Origin: a virus
DNA length: 64,000 nt
Strand: one strand, 5' to 3'
Virus record (IMG/VR): IMGVR_UViG_3300037418_002743
Coordinates: 41,276 to 105,275 of that record
Part shown: in pieces, positions 17,737 to 26,353 of the stretch
Layout of the letters: every line of letters starts with the position of its first letter
How positions within the stretch are numbered: position 1 is the first letter of the stretch
Program-made: the position numbers and the translations under genes
The notes under the pieces: generated by a model
Databases searched by the model: none
The model's input: the letters and a program-made list of their open reading frames with translations, nothing else
What the model was told of the DNA's origin: nothing

Positions 17737-17880
17737 GATCGTTGATTCCCGTCTCTCGTGTTCGGCAGGACCGAACGTTACCCGGAGGTGTTCATGACGT
17801 CAAACACACGTGTCGATGGGGCCGGACGCTCTGAGGCGGACGCCCGTGTCACTTCGGACAATGGGGACAATGGGGGAAAG

Positions 17881-18303
17881 ATGGTTGCGGCGGAGCCGGA
17901 CCAGACCAATTCCGCGAAGCGCCCGGCGCCGGGCGGACTACAGGATCTAATCGCCCGGCGCAAGAAGGAATTGGGCCTTTCCTACTCGCAGCTGGTGGAA
18001 AGAACCGAAGCCGCCGGCTACCCCATTCGCCGCACGATGTGGCATCACTGGGCGTCGGATCGCTGGTCGGACATCCCGGCGACGGAGGTGATCCACGGGA
18101 TCGCCGCTGGCCTGGGCGTCGACCCCGACGAGGTCCTCGACGCCGCCGCGAAGAGCGTCGGGATCACTCCGCGCGAGCTACACCTCGGCCGCGGCACGCG
18201 GGCGATCCTCGCGCTCATGGAGTCCCGGACGCCGGAGGAGATCGAGGCCCTGGAGGCGGTCGTGCGCTCCGTCACCAAGGCGATGGACGCGACGCGGGAT
18301 TGA
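17881..18303 (+). CDS. Immunity repressor-like XRE HTH protein
   Basis: LQDLIARRKKELGLSYSQL...P..EVIHGIAAGLGVDPDEVLDAAA. Confidence 0.75.
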   Translation: MVAAEPDQTNSAKRPAPGGLQDLIARRKKELGLSYSQLVERTEAAGYPIRRTMWHHWASDRWSDIPATEVIHGIAAGLGVDPDEVLDAAAKSVGITPRELHLGRGTRAILALMESRTPEEIEALEAVVRSVTKAMDATRD

Positions 18304-18481
18304 TCATCGGTGACCTGGGAAATCGGCTCTACCTTTGCCTTAGGGTTACTAATGTGTCTCCCGTTGACACATTGACTCCCAGCGTCACGGGGTAATCTCC
18401 GGTTAACAGATTCCGTCCCTCAAGCAACTGGGGACGGAATTAGTTCGCTTACGGCAACTAATTCGAGAGGCGAGGCACTAA

Positions 18482-18802
18482 ATGAGCCGGAGAGTCCGCG
18501 TGCGCGTCATGCGCGCCTGCCTCGGAGCCGCTGTTGCGGCTGCGATCGCCGACCCGGCGGGTGTCACGCTCCTCGCAGACCCGTCCGTCGACGACGAGCA
18601 GATCCAGCGGTTCATGCAGTACCTCGAGGTGAAGGCGTCCCTCATCCCCGCCCCGGCCGCCCCCAGCCTCGACGAGCTCCCCGCCACGATCTCGGTCCCC
18701 GCCCAGCGCGGCGACGACGACCGCGCCCACATCCTCGTGCTCCCCTCCGCCCCCCAGGACCTGGCAGCCGACGCGGACCAGCCCCGCTCCCCGGTCTTCT
18801 AG
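18482..18802 (+). CDS. Hypothetical protein
   Basis: GAGG RBS, ORF. Confidence 0.55.
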   Translation: MSRRVRVRVMRACLGAAVAAAIADPAGVTLLADPSVDDEQIQRFMQYLEVKASLIPAPAAPSLDELPATISVPAQRGDDDRAHILVLPSAPQDLAADADQPRSPVF

Positions 18803-19098
18803 CCCTCCCCGCGGCGGAGCGCGATCTCGTCCGGGTGCGCCCGGGAAATCAGCTCCGCCAGCGTCGCGGCGTTGCTCGACACGTCGAGCAGGACGTCGTA
18901 CAGCCCCGTGAGCGTCCCGCCGGTCTGGTCGTTGCGATTGCCGACCAGCTCACGGAGGTAGGCCATGCAGCCGGCCATCTGCTCCGCCTCGTCGGTCCAG
19001 CCCGCCGCGCTCATCCGACGCGCGGTCTCCATGACCGTGCGGTCGAGCGCCGAGGCGTCGTCGCCGGTCGCGAACAGGTCGTATCCGGGCGTGTCCAT
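18799..19098 (-). CDS. Hypothetical protein
   Basis: GAGG RBS, ORF. Confidence 0.6.
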   Translation of the reverse strand: MDTPGYDLFATGDDASALDRTVMETARRMSAAGWTDEAEQMAGCMAYLRELVGNRNDQTGGTLTGLYDVLLDVSSNAATLAELISRAHPDEIALRRGEG

Positions 19099-19127
19099 GT
19101 CGGGATCCTCTCGTGCGTCGAGCGGAG

Positions 19128-19156
19128 AGGGCCCGGGGGCGGCTCCCCCGGGCCCT
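19128..19156. terminator. Hairpin
   Basis: AGGGCCCGGGGG-N5-CCCCCGGGCCCT. Confidence 0.55.
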
Positions 19157-19167
19157 GTGGGCGGCGA

Positions 19168-20049
19168 TCAGGCCTCCGCGGTCTCCTCGTCCGCGGCGTC
19201 GTCGTCGGCGGCGGGAGCGACCGCCTGGGCGGCCTTGCGGGCAGCCTCGACCTCGAGCTTGGCCTCCTCGACCCGCTGGGCGGCGCGCTCCGCGGCCCGC
19301 TCCGCCCGGAAGAGCCGGTCCTCGGCGGCCCGGAGCGCCTTGGTCGCGGTGCGGGCCTCGGCGCGGGCGGCCTTCTCCTCGTCGGTGAGCCGCGGACGCT
19401 CCCGGCGCTCGGCGGCGTTGGCGTGCCGCTCCGCCTGGCGCTTGGTCCAGGCGACGTACCAGGCGATCCCGGTCTCGACCTCGACGATCACCTTGTAGCC
19501 CTCGTGGTCGTACAGGCCCGGGAAGGGCACGCCGGCCTTCTCGCTCGCGGCGATCGGGTTGTAGATCCCGCCCAGCTCACCCTCACCCGGGTACAGGCCG
19601 CGCTCGTTGATGACCTTGGTCAGTCCGACCGGGGTGACCCAGCCCGCCGGCATGAAGCCCTTCTTGGTGCTCTTGCGGGCGGCCGGGGCGTCGTTGGCGA
19701 CCGGGGCGGCCGGGAGGTGCTCGGCGGTGCAGCCGTCCAGGTCCTCGCACTCGTCCTTGGTGTGCGGGCCCTGGGCCTCGACCGGCTCGGCGTCGGTGGC
19801 CGGCTCGGTGACGTCGTCGTTGACGTCGACGACCGGGGTCTCGTCGGCCGGGGCGGGCTGGTCCTCGACCTCGACCGGTCGGACGTCGACGGCCTTGAAG
19901 TCGGCGGTCTTCTCGCCGGCGGCGTTGCTGTAGCGGACGGTGATCTTGCCGGCGTCGGTGGTGCCGACGTAGACGCCCTCGCGGGTGCGGCCGCCGGGGA
20001 TGCGGACGATGACGGCCTGGTCGGTGGCGAAGGTGGCGGTGGCGTTCAT
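19168..20049 (-). CDS. Hypothetical multi-domain protein (beta N-terminus, acidic linker, coiled-coil C-terminus)
   Basis: Strong codon bias, GAGGAGG RBS, cassette 12 upstream. Confidence 0.75.
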   Translation of the reverse strand: MNATATFATDQAVIVRIPGGRTREGVYVGTTDAGKITVRYSNAAGEKTADFKAVDVRPVEVEDQPAPADETPVVDVNDDVTEPATDAEPVEAQGPHTKDECEDLDGCTAEHLPAAPVANDAPAARKSTKKGFMPAGWVTPVGLTKVINERGLYPGEGELGGIYNPIAASEKAGVPFPGLYDHEGYKVIVEVETGIAWYVAWTKRQAERHANAAERRERPRLTDEEKAARAEARTATKALRAAEDRLFRAERAAERAAQRVEEAKLEVEAARKAAQAVAPAADDDAADEETAEA

Positions 20050-20106
20050 CGGGGTTCCTCCTCGATCCGGGGGCTTCGCTCTGTGCGGTGCCCTTGCGAT
20101 GACTCA

Positions 20107-20134
20107 AAGATACCGCGCTACACGGTAGGTACAA
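20107..20134 (-). promoter_or_regulatory. Operator-promoter cassette 12 (TTGTAC-N16-TATCTT)
   Basis: TACCGCG-CTA-CACGGTA at 20111-20127. Confidence 0.8.
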
Positions 20135-20155
20135 GGGCTGACGGGCAGAAAAACG

Positions 20156-20203
20156 AGCGGCCCGGGTGGTTCGCCCTGCTGGACGAGCCCACCCGGGCCG
20201 CTC
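20156..20203 (-). terminator. Intrinsic terminator
   Basis: GAGCGGCCCGGGTGG...CCACCCGGGCCGCTC followed by GTTTTT on minus strand. Confidence 0.65.
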
Positions 20204-20232
20204 TCCCCTTCCTCCGCTCCCCAGCGGAAGCC

Positions 20233-20580
20233 CTATGACGTGCGCCGATACCTCTCCGCCCGCGTCCCGTCGATGTCCACCAGCACCTCGCCGGACCGGA
20301 TCATCGGGTCGTGGAACTCCCCGGTCACGAGGCCCGCGAGCCCCGCGCCGCGGGCGATGTCCGACGCCACGACCAGGTGCGGCCGGACGATCACCTCCCC
20401 GATCGCGAGCTGGTGCGTCCGCCGGGAGCCGTACCGGAGCGGGTGCGGCCCGTCGCTCACCCGGGACGACCCGACGAACGACACCGTGCGCTCGTCCGGG
20501 CCCTCCTGGACGTAGAGCCAGCCCGGCACGTGCCGCGCGTACTGCCCGAAGATCAGGCGGGCGTAGGCGTCCCCTTCCAT
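20233..20580 (-). CDS. Hypothetical protein
   Basis: Coupled ORF. Confidence 0.6.
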   Translation of the reverse strand: MEGDAYARLIFGQYARHVPGWLYVQEGPDERTVSFVGSSRVSDGPHPLRYGSRRTHQLAIGEVIVRPHLVVASDIARGAGLAGLVTGEFHDPMIRSGEVLVDIDGTRAERYRRTS

Positions 20581-22175
20581 CACTCGCCTCCGTCCACGGT
20601 CGTCATCCAGTAGCCCTCGAAGCACTCCCCGCACGTCGCGCGGTCGTCGTCCTCGTTCTGCCAGCTCTGGTTCGTCGTCGCCCCGCACTTCGGGCACGGG
20701 CCCGGGTCCCCGTCGCCGGAGCCCTTCGCGATCTCGCGGATCCGCTCCGCGGTCAGCTCCTCGCCGTTGACCTCCACGACCCAGTAGCTCGCAGCCTCCC
20801 CGTCCGGGGTGTCCGCGGGCACGATCCGGAGCAGCGGGACGCCATCGACCGCGGCCCCGATCGCCTGCGCGGCCTCGTCATCGGACTCGAACCGGCGGCA
20901 CTCCTCGCACCGCTGGATCTCGTTGCGGTTGTTGAAGCCCGGCCAGGCGCCCGGAACGACCTCCGCGTAGCACTCGCAGTCAGCCTCCGCCTCGGCCGCA
21001 GCCTCCGCGCCGGCGTCGATGATGAACTGCCCCGCGGCGGAGTCGGAGAGCACACCGAGCACCCCGACCTGGACGTCCGGCACCGCGCCGGCGTACTGGT
21101 CCCGCCGCTCCTCGGTCCCGAAGCCGACCAGGTCGTCGACCCCGTCACGCCAGGCGAGCCAGACCGTCGGCGGCTCCCCCGGCTCCGGCCGGGCCGCGAG
21201 CGCCCGGATCCGGTCCTTGATCTCCGCGGTGAGCCGGTCCGTGCCCTCCGCGCCGAGGTAGAGCCTCGCCGGATCGCGCGGCACCCCGACGCGGCCGTCC
21301 GCGGCCCGGGCGAACAGGTCGATCCCGACCGCCTCCGCCAGCTCCCGGAGGTGCCGGCGGTGCGCCATGCTCTCGTCCCGCCAGCGGTCCCGGAAGTCGT
21401 CGGCCGGGTGCTCCAGGACGACGTTCCGGAGGAAGCTCGCAGCCTCCCCGTACACCTCGGACATGGTGTCGTTCTCGACGTCGTCGGAGTCCTCGACCTC
21501 GTCGACGTGCGTGTCGGCCGATGCCTGGGCCCAGATCGCCGCCTGCGCGGCCAGCGCGCCGCGCAGGGAGTCAGCGGGCGGGGCGTCGGTCAGGTCCGCC
21601 ACCGCGGCCGCCAGGCGCGGCAGGAGGTCCCGCCGCACGGTCACCCGCACCTCCGCCGTAGCGGTCCGGGCGCCCTCGTAGGTCAGCTGCTCGTCGACCT
21701 CGACCCGCGCCAAGACCGGCCGGTTGGAGTCGCCCGCGTAGATGTTGCCCTTGTCGGTCGTCGTGACCTCCCCGAGCGGGGCGAGCAGCCGGGCGGCCGC
21801 GTCGACGTAGGTCTGCCGCTCGGCCGCCCGCGCGTCGGCGGCAGCCTTCTTCGCCCGGACCTCAGCGAGGGATCCGCGGTAGCGCGCGAGCAGCCGGTTC
21901 TTGATGTCCTTCGCCATGACCGCCGGGGGCTTCTCCGCGGAGAACCCGATCTCGGTCCAGAGCCGCGAGAACCCGCGCAGCTCCGCCGGGGTCACCCCGG
22001 TGGCGGTCACCCGGCCCCTGTCCCACTGCAGCCGGATCCGCTCCCCGTCCGGGCCGACGAGCGCGGCCTCCCGCTCCCAGCCGGTCTCGCCTTCCTCAGC
22101 GGACCACTCCGCCGGGTCGAGCTGCTCCGCGATCGCCTTCGCGACCTCGTACGGGGTCGCCGTCTCCGTGCTCAC
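20580..22175 (-). CDS. Large mosaic hypothetical protein with Zn-ribbon motifs
   Basis: CEC...CEEC and CPKC...CGEC. Confidence 0.7.
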   Translation of the reverse strand: MSTETATPYEVAKAIAEQLDPAEWSAEEGETGWEREAALVGPDGERIRLQWDRGRVTATGVTPAELRGFSRLWTEIGFSAEKPPAVMAKDIKNRLLARYRGSLAEVRAKKAAADARAAERQTYVDAAARLLAPLGEVTTTDKGNIYAGDSNRPVLARVEVDEQLTYEGARTATAEVRVTVRRDLLPRLAAAVADLTDAPPADSLRGALAAQAAIWAQASADTHVDEVEDSDDVENDTMSEVYGEAASFLRNVVLEHPADDFRDRWRDESMAHRRHLRELAEAVGIDLFARAADGRVGVPRDPARLYLGAEGTDRLTAEIKDRIRALAARPEPGEPPTVWLAWRDGVDDLVGFGTEERRDQYAGAVPDVQVGVLGVLSDSAAGQFIIDAGAEAAAEAEADCECYAEVVPGAWPGFNNRNEIQRCEECRRFESDDEAAQAIGAAVDGVPLLRIVPADTPDGEAASYWVVEVNGEELTAERIREIAKGSGDGDPGPCPKCGATTNQSWQNEDDDRATCGECFEGYWMTTVDGGE

Positions 22176-22537
22176 TGCTGGGTCGCCCCCTCGTCGATCG
22201 TCAGCCGGTCCCACGGGTCGGGCTCGACCACCCGCACCTCCGGCTCCGGCTCCTGGTCGCGGATCTCCTCGAGCACCGTGCGGACGTCGGTCAGCACGCC
22301 GTAGACGTCCATGACGGACGTCGTGATCGCCTCGACGTCGCGCTCCTGCCACTCCCGGTTGATCCCGAGCCAGTCCACGTGCTCCTTCACGACCCGACGC
22401 ACGAGCCGGCCCTCCGCGCGGCGGTAGAGCGCACGGCGGGCGAGGAGGTCACCGGCGACGACCGCGGCCGCCCAGCCGGCCGGCGGGACGGCCCGGACCG
22501 CCCGGGCGGCCACCTGGGCGATCAGCCGGGCGTTCAC
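22172..22537 (-). CDS. Hypothetical protein
   Basis: Coupled GTG ORF. Confidence 0.6.
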   Translation of the reverse strand: MNARLIAQVAARAVRAVPPAGWAAAVVAGDLLARRALYRRAEGRLVRRVVKEHVDWLGINREWQERDVEAITTSVMDVYGVLTDVRTVLEEIRDQEPEPEVRVVEPDPWDRLTIDEGATQQ

Positions 22538-23289
22538 TGCGCACCGCCCGCGGGCGCGGCCGGCGTGGTGGCGAGCCGGTAGACCTGCCACTCCCAGATC
22601 CGCCCGCGGGCGGACACGGTCAGCCCGTGGCCCGGGATGCCGTGCTCGACGTAGAGCCGCCACCCGCGGGGCGTGAGCCACTCCCCGAGGATCCGGATCC
22701 CCTCCGCGCGCTCGTGCGCGATGTCGCGGGCGTCCTTGCCGAGGTACTTCGGGCCCTCGAACTCCAGGTCGTCGATCTGGACGTGGCCGGCGCGGCGGTC
22801 CCAGATCACGTCGTGCAGCACGGGCGGCCGGACGACGTCGCCCGCCGGGTACTGCCGGAAGGCCTCCGCCCACGGCGTTCCGAGCTGGCGCCCGAGCTCG
22901 CGCACCCGCGCGGCGTCGGTGTCGTACTTGGCGAAGATCTTCTTGATCTGGCTGCTCGTCAGGGTCGGGTCGCCGGCGTCGTCGCAGCTCGCCTCCCAGG
23001 TCCCCAGCTCGGGGGTGTGCCGGAAGATCCGGCCGGGGTCCCCATCGCGGGTGACGCCCTGCCACACCTCCCATGCGCACGTCGACAGCGTGGGCGCCAG
23101 CGCGGCGCAGATGTCGAACGCGGCGCCGGTGGTCGTCGAGCCGTCCTCGGCCCGGTACTCCTCGCCGAGGCGGATCCCGTCCTCGTCCGGGCCGGCGAGC
23201 CCGTACTCCTCGATCGCGTCGAGGAAGGTCTGCGCGTACCAGGGCGGGCACTGGTAGACGGTGAGCCCGCAGTTGATCGAATCGGCCAT
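22534..23289 (-). CDS. DUF3145-like protein with C-terminal extension
   Basis: FRHTPELGTW...GDPTL...LGRQLGTPW resembles DUF3145. Confidence 0.55.
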   Translation of the reverse strand: MADSINCGLTVYQCPPWYAQTFLDAIEEYGLAGPDEDGIRLGEEYRAEDGSTTTGAAFDICAALAPTLSTCAWEVWQGVTRDGDPGRIFRHTPELGTWEASCDDAGDPTLTSSQIKKIFAKYDTDAARVRELGRQLGTPWAEAFRQYPAGDVVRPPVLHDVIWDRRAGHVQIDDLEFEGPKYLGKDARDIAHERAEGIRILGEWLTPRGWRLYVEHGIPGHGLTVSARGRIWEWQVYRLATTPAAPAGGAQ

Positions 23290-23326
23290 GAGGGGCCGCT
23301 CTCCTTCGGGTGGGAGGGATGGGGAT

Positions 23327-23389
23327 GGTGGCCCCTGGCAGGGGGCCGTCGTGCACTCACTACGTTACCGCGTTATGCGGCGGAGTCAA
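23327..23389 (-). promoter_or_regulatory. Operator-promoter cassette 13 (TTGACT-N16-TAACGT; 23366-23382) plus leader CUGCCA hairpin (23327-23350)
   Basis: TACCGCG-TTA-TGCGGCG; GGCCCC-CTGCCA-GGGGCC. Confidence 0.8.
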
Positions 23390-23446
23390 TCGGCATAAGG
23401 GTGATGCGCCCCGGCCGGGCCTTTCGCGGCCCGGCCGGGGGGTCGA

Positions 23447-24499
23447 TCAGACCAGCGACTTCGCCCGCGGGCGGAAGGCGGCGAAGGCGTCAGCCTTGAG
23501 CTGGAAGCCCTTGCCGTCGACCGCGGAGAGCGACCGGGCCGTCATCTTCGCCGTCGCGCCCTTGCCGGTCGCGGCCGCGAAGTGGTCGATGTACTCGGTG
23601 ACCGCGTTGTAGCCAGCCCAGCGGGTCCCGGCGACCTTCGCCTGCGTGTCCGCCTCGGTAAAGAGCTGGATGAGGGTGCGGTCCCGGACCTTCTTCGTGC
23701 TCTGGGTCGTCGGGGAGTCCGAGTCCCGGACCGGCTCGAAGACCGTGTTGACGATCTTGGTGAACTCGTCGACGGAGAGCGCGGCGTCGAGCATCCGCTC
23801 CGCCTCCGCCTGGAAGGCCTCGTTGAACTTGAAGGTCATGGAGAGGGCCTGGCGCGCCTCCTCGACCGCCTTGCTGGCCTTCTTGGTGTGGCGGGTCGCC
23901 CACTTCTGGCGGGCGGAGGCGATCGCCGCGGCCTCCGTGTTCGCGCAGACGACCCGGACCGGAGAGGCGACCGCCATCAGCGCGCGGGTGCCGTCGTGCC
24001 CGTTCATCGTCGTGACGAAGGTGTCGATCGCGTCGACCCCGCCGATCAGCATCTGCTCCGGCAGCTTCGCGCAGTAGAAGACGTGGCGGCCGTTGCGGAG
24101 CGCGCCGGCGGTCTCGATGAAGCGGGCGCCGGACATGTCCAGCAGCGCCTCGAGGAACTCGCCGTGCTCCTCGTTCTGCACGTGGTGATAGCCCGCGCCG
24201 ACGACGCCGAGCCGCTCGGTCTTGCCGCTGACCGGGTTCGTCCGGACGACGCCCTTCCACTCCGGGAAGTCGACGTCCTCGGAGGTGACGCCATCCTCGG
24301 AGATCAGAGTGTCCGTCCCGGCGAGGTCGATCTTGCGGACGTTCCAGCCGGCGAGGTGGGCCTTCTCCATCGCCTCGACGACGGTCATCGGGCGGTCGAA
24401 GACGGTGCCGAGCCGGTGCCAGGCGGGGACCCGGGCGGAGACGAAGTGGTCGACCGTCGTGCCGTCGGAGGCGGTGCTGCGGGCGATCTCGTGGCTCAT
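23447..24499 (-). CDS. DUF932 / phage-plasmid-like TIGR03299 family protein
   Basis: PAWHRLG...LGVVGAGYHHVQN...ETAGALRNGRHVF...NGHDG...PVRVVCANT...GTRWAGYNAVTEYIDH. Confidence 0.88.
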   Translation of the reverse strand: MSHEIARSTASDGTTVDHFVSARVPAWHRLGTVFDRPMTVVEAMEKAHLAGWNVRKIDLAGTDTLISEDGVTSEDVDFPEWKGVVRTNPVSGKTERLGVVGAGYHHVQNEEHGEFLEALLDMSGARFIETAGALRNGRHVFYCAKLPEQMLIGGVDAIDTFVTTMNGHDGTRALMAVASPVRVVCANTEAAAIASARQKWATRHTKKASKAVEEARQALSMTFKFNEAFQAEAERMLDAALSVDEFTKIVNTVFEPVRDSDSPTTQSTKKVRDRTLIQLFTEADTQAKVAGTRWAGYNAVTEYIDHFAAATGKGATAKMTARSLSAVDGKGFQLKADAFAAFRPRAKSLV

Positions 24500-24563
24500 C
24501 TTGTACTCCAGGGAGGGAAGGGGGGTGGCCCCGCCGGGGAGGCGGTGCCGTCGTGCAACACAG

Positions 24564-24591
24564 AGATTACCGCGCCGCGCGGTGTTGTCAA
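24564..24591 (-). promoter_or_regulatory. Operator-promoter cassette 14 (TTGACA-N16-TAATCT)
   Basis: TACCGCG-CCG-CGCGGTG at 24568-24584. Confidence 0.82.
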
Positions 24592-24655
24592 CGGATGACG
24601 AGAAGATTTTTCTGCGGGGGCTCCGCGCCGGCGCCGGAGCCGCACGTCAGGGCAC

Positions 24656-24702
24656 GAAAAAGGGGGAGGGCCCGCCGGCACGGATGCCGGGGGCCCTCCC
24701 CC
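24656..24702 (-). terminator. Intrinsic terminator
   Basis: GGGGAGGGCCC...GGGCCCTCCCC with TTTTT on minus strand. Confidence 0.65.
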
Positions 24703-24724
24703 TGAGACGCTCTCTGCGCGGCGC

Positions 24725-25318
24725 CTACGCGGTCTTCTTCTGGTCCTCCGCCTGCTCGGCGTTCCACTTCTCGAGGAGCGCCTTGCCCTCCTCGGTCGGG
24801 ACGACCTTCCCGCCGACCGGCGGGACCTCGATCATCTTCGCCCGCTGCAGGTCGGTGAACTGCCGGGTGTTCGCCCGGTTCTGCGCGGTCCCGGTGAACG
24901 GCTCCCCGTCGCGAAGCACCCGGACCTGCATGTCCTGGATCTCGACGGTGAAGCGGCCCGCGGCGATCTCGGAGAGCACCTGGTGCCGCATCGGGGTCCG
25001 GTGCGTGATGTCGCGGTGCCAGGCGCCCGGGCCCTTGCGGTCCGCGTTGAACTTCTCGACCGCGTCCATGTCGTACTCCTTCTCCCCCGTCTGCGGGTTG
25101 AAGCCGGGGAGAGGCTTGGGCGCGCCGAGCTGGGAGACCATGCGCCGGTACGTCGAGGCGCTGACGCCCTTGGGGCTCTTGTCGGTCACGCACGCGGCAC
25201 CGGCGTCCGCGGCGTTGCCGCGACGCACGCCGTTCTCGTCGGTCCAGATGGTCACGGTGCTACCGCCCTTCGGTGATGCGTCGATCGCGGTCGATGGTAC
25301 CGCGTGAGGACGGCTCAT
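24725..25318 (-). CDS. Putative DNA-binding protein (AlpA/MerR-like HTH plus winged-helix-like C-terminus)
   Basis: GVSASTYRRMV...APKP...YDMDAVEKF...RKGPG; LQRAKMIE...PTEEGKALL. Confidence 0.55.
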   Translation of the reverse strand: MSRPHAVPSTAIDASPKGGSTVTIWTDENGVRRGNAADAGAACVTDKSPKGVSASTYRRMVSQLGAPKPLPGFNPQTGEKEYDMDAVEKFNADRKGPGAWHRDITHRTPMRHQVLSEIAAGRFTVEIQDMQVRVLRDGEPFTGTAQNRANTRQFTDLQRAKMIEVPPVGGKVVPTEEGKALLEKWNAEQAEDQKKTA

Positions 25319-25530
25319 CGTTGTACGTCTTCGTTGACACGCTCGAGGGAGAACAGTCCGGGCAGACCGACCTCCGCCGCTCCGGTCGCGAGGACCTGCT
25401 GGGCGCGGCGCCAGCGGAACCGCTCCGTCGCCGGAGCGTCCGCGGCAAGCTCCCCGATCTCGCGGGCGACGCGGAGCAGGACGGAGGCGATCCGGTCCGC
25501 CTCCGCCTGCACCTCCGGCGCGGTCACCAC
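25315..25530 (-). CDS. Hypothetical protein
   Basis: Coupled ORF. Confidence 0.5.
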   Translation of the reverse strand: MVTAPEVQAEADRIASVLLRVAREIGELAADAPATERFRWRRAQQVLATGAAEVGLPGLFSLERVNEDVQR

Positions 25531-25679
25531 CGCTCCGTGACGTCCCAGTCCAGCTCGGCGCCGTGCTCGGTCATGACGTCGGCGACCGCCGCGCGGACCG
25601 CGTCGAGCACGGCCGGCGGGAGCGGCTCGGAGGTGGACACGGTCAGGTCGTACTCGTAGCCGAAGGACAGGCCGCTCAT
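25524..25679 (-). CDS. Micro-protein MSGLSFGYEYDLTV... (51 aa)
   Basis: GGAGG RBS, coupled; not in ORF track. Confidence 0.55.
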   Translation of the reverse strand: MSGLSFGYEYDLTVSTSEPLPPAVLDAVRAAVADVMTEHGAELDWDVTERW

Positions 25680-25930
25680 GCCTGCGCCTCCTCGTCCTCG
25701 TCGTGCGGGCCGTAGGTCATGCGGGCGTCGGAGGCGATGCCCCAGGCGACGGCGAACAGCGTCGCAGGCCAGAGGAGCATCACGACCAGGCCGACGATGA
25801 CGTGCAGCGGGTGGACGCGGTCGAGGCGACCGGTGTCGGGGTCGCGGAGCAGCCAGCGGTAGCAGGCGGCGACGAAGACGGATCCGGTCATGCCGGCGCC
25901 GAGCAGGTACGTGGCGAGTGCCGGGGTCAT
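25676..25930 (-). CDS. Small two-TM membrane protein
   Basis: GGAGG RBS; hydrophobic. Confidence 0.65.
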   Translation of the reverse strand: MTPALATYLLGAGMTGSVFVAACYRWLLRDPDTGRLDRVHPLHVIVGLVVMLLWPATLFAVAWGIASDARMTYGPHDEDEEAQA

Positions 25931-25975
25931 GGTGTCCTCCGGGAGGGAAGCGGTCGTACGTGGCAGATGCGGACG

Positions 25976-26056
25976 ACCATACCGCGCTGCGCGGTATCTG
26001 TCACCTCCGACTAGTTCGGCGGGAGCGCTTGACCTTACCGCGTCACGCGGTAAGGT
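25976..26056. promoter_or_regulatory. Divergent operator-promoter cassettes 15 (-, 25980-25996) and 16 (+, 26036-26052; TTGACC-N16-TAAGGT)
   Basis: Perfect palindromes TACCGCG-CTG-CGCGGTA and TACCGCG-TCA-CGCGGTA. Confidence 0.85.
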
Positions 26057-26086
26057 AGTCACATCACCCCGACCGAGGAGGACGAC

Positions 26087-26353
26087 ATGGCCCGCACCGC
26101 CAAGATCACCACCCACTTCGTCCTCATCTCCGCGGTCGACTCCCGTGGGCGCGCCCGCAAGGACCAGCCCCGCGAGTACGCCGTCGAGGAGCGGCAGGGA
26201 CAGGTCCGCCGCACCCTCGGCCGCGTCTACGGCGGCGACGGCCACTGGATGGCACTCCCCGTCGGCGCCGGCGCCTGGACCCGCTACCACCCCACCCGCG
26301 GGGCGGCGCTCGATGCGCTCCGCCTCCGGGAGGACTGCCGCGACTTCTGGTGA
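26087..26353 (+). CDS. Small hypothetical protein
   Basis: GAGGAGG RBS downstream of cassette 16. Confidence 0.75.
   Translation: MARTAKITTHFVLISAVDSRGRARKDQPREYAVEERQGQVRRTLGRVYGGDGHWMALPVGAGAWTRYHPTRGAALDALRLREDCRDFW

Noticed and set aside
17760-17776. LexA SOS box
   Set aside because: Half-sites are in the opposite arrangement and spacing from actinobacterial TCGAAC-N4-GTTCGA
659-25978. CCTGCCA motif as cobalamin riboswitch remnants
   Set aside because: Only a short hairpin loop; no B12-box or core riboswitch architecture
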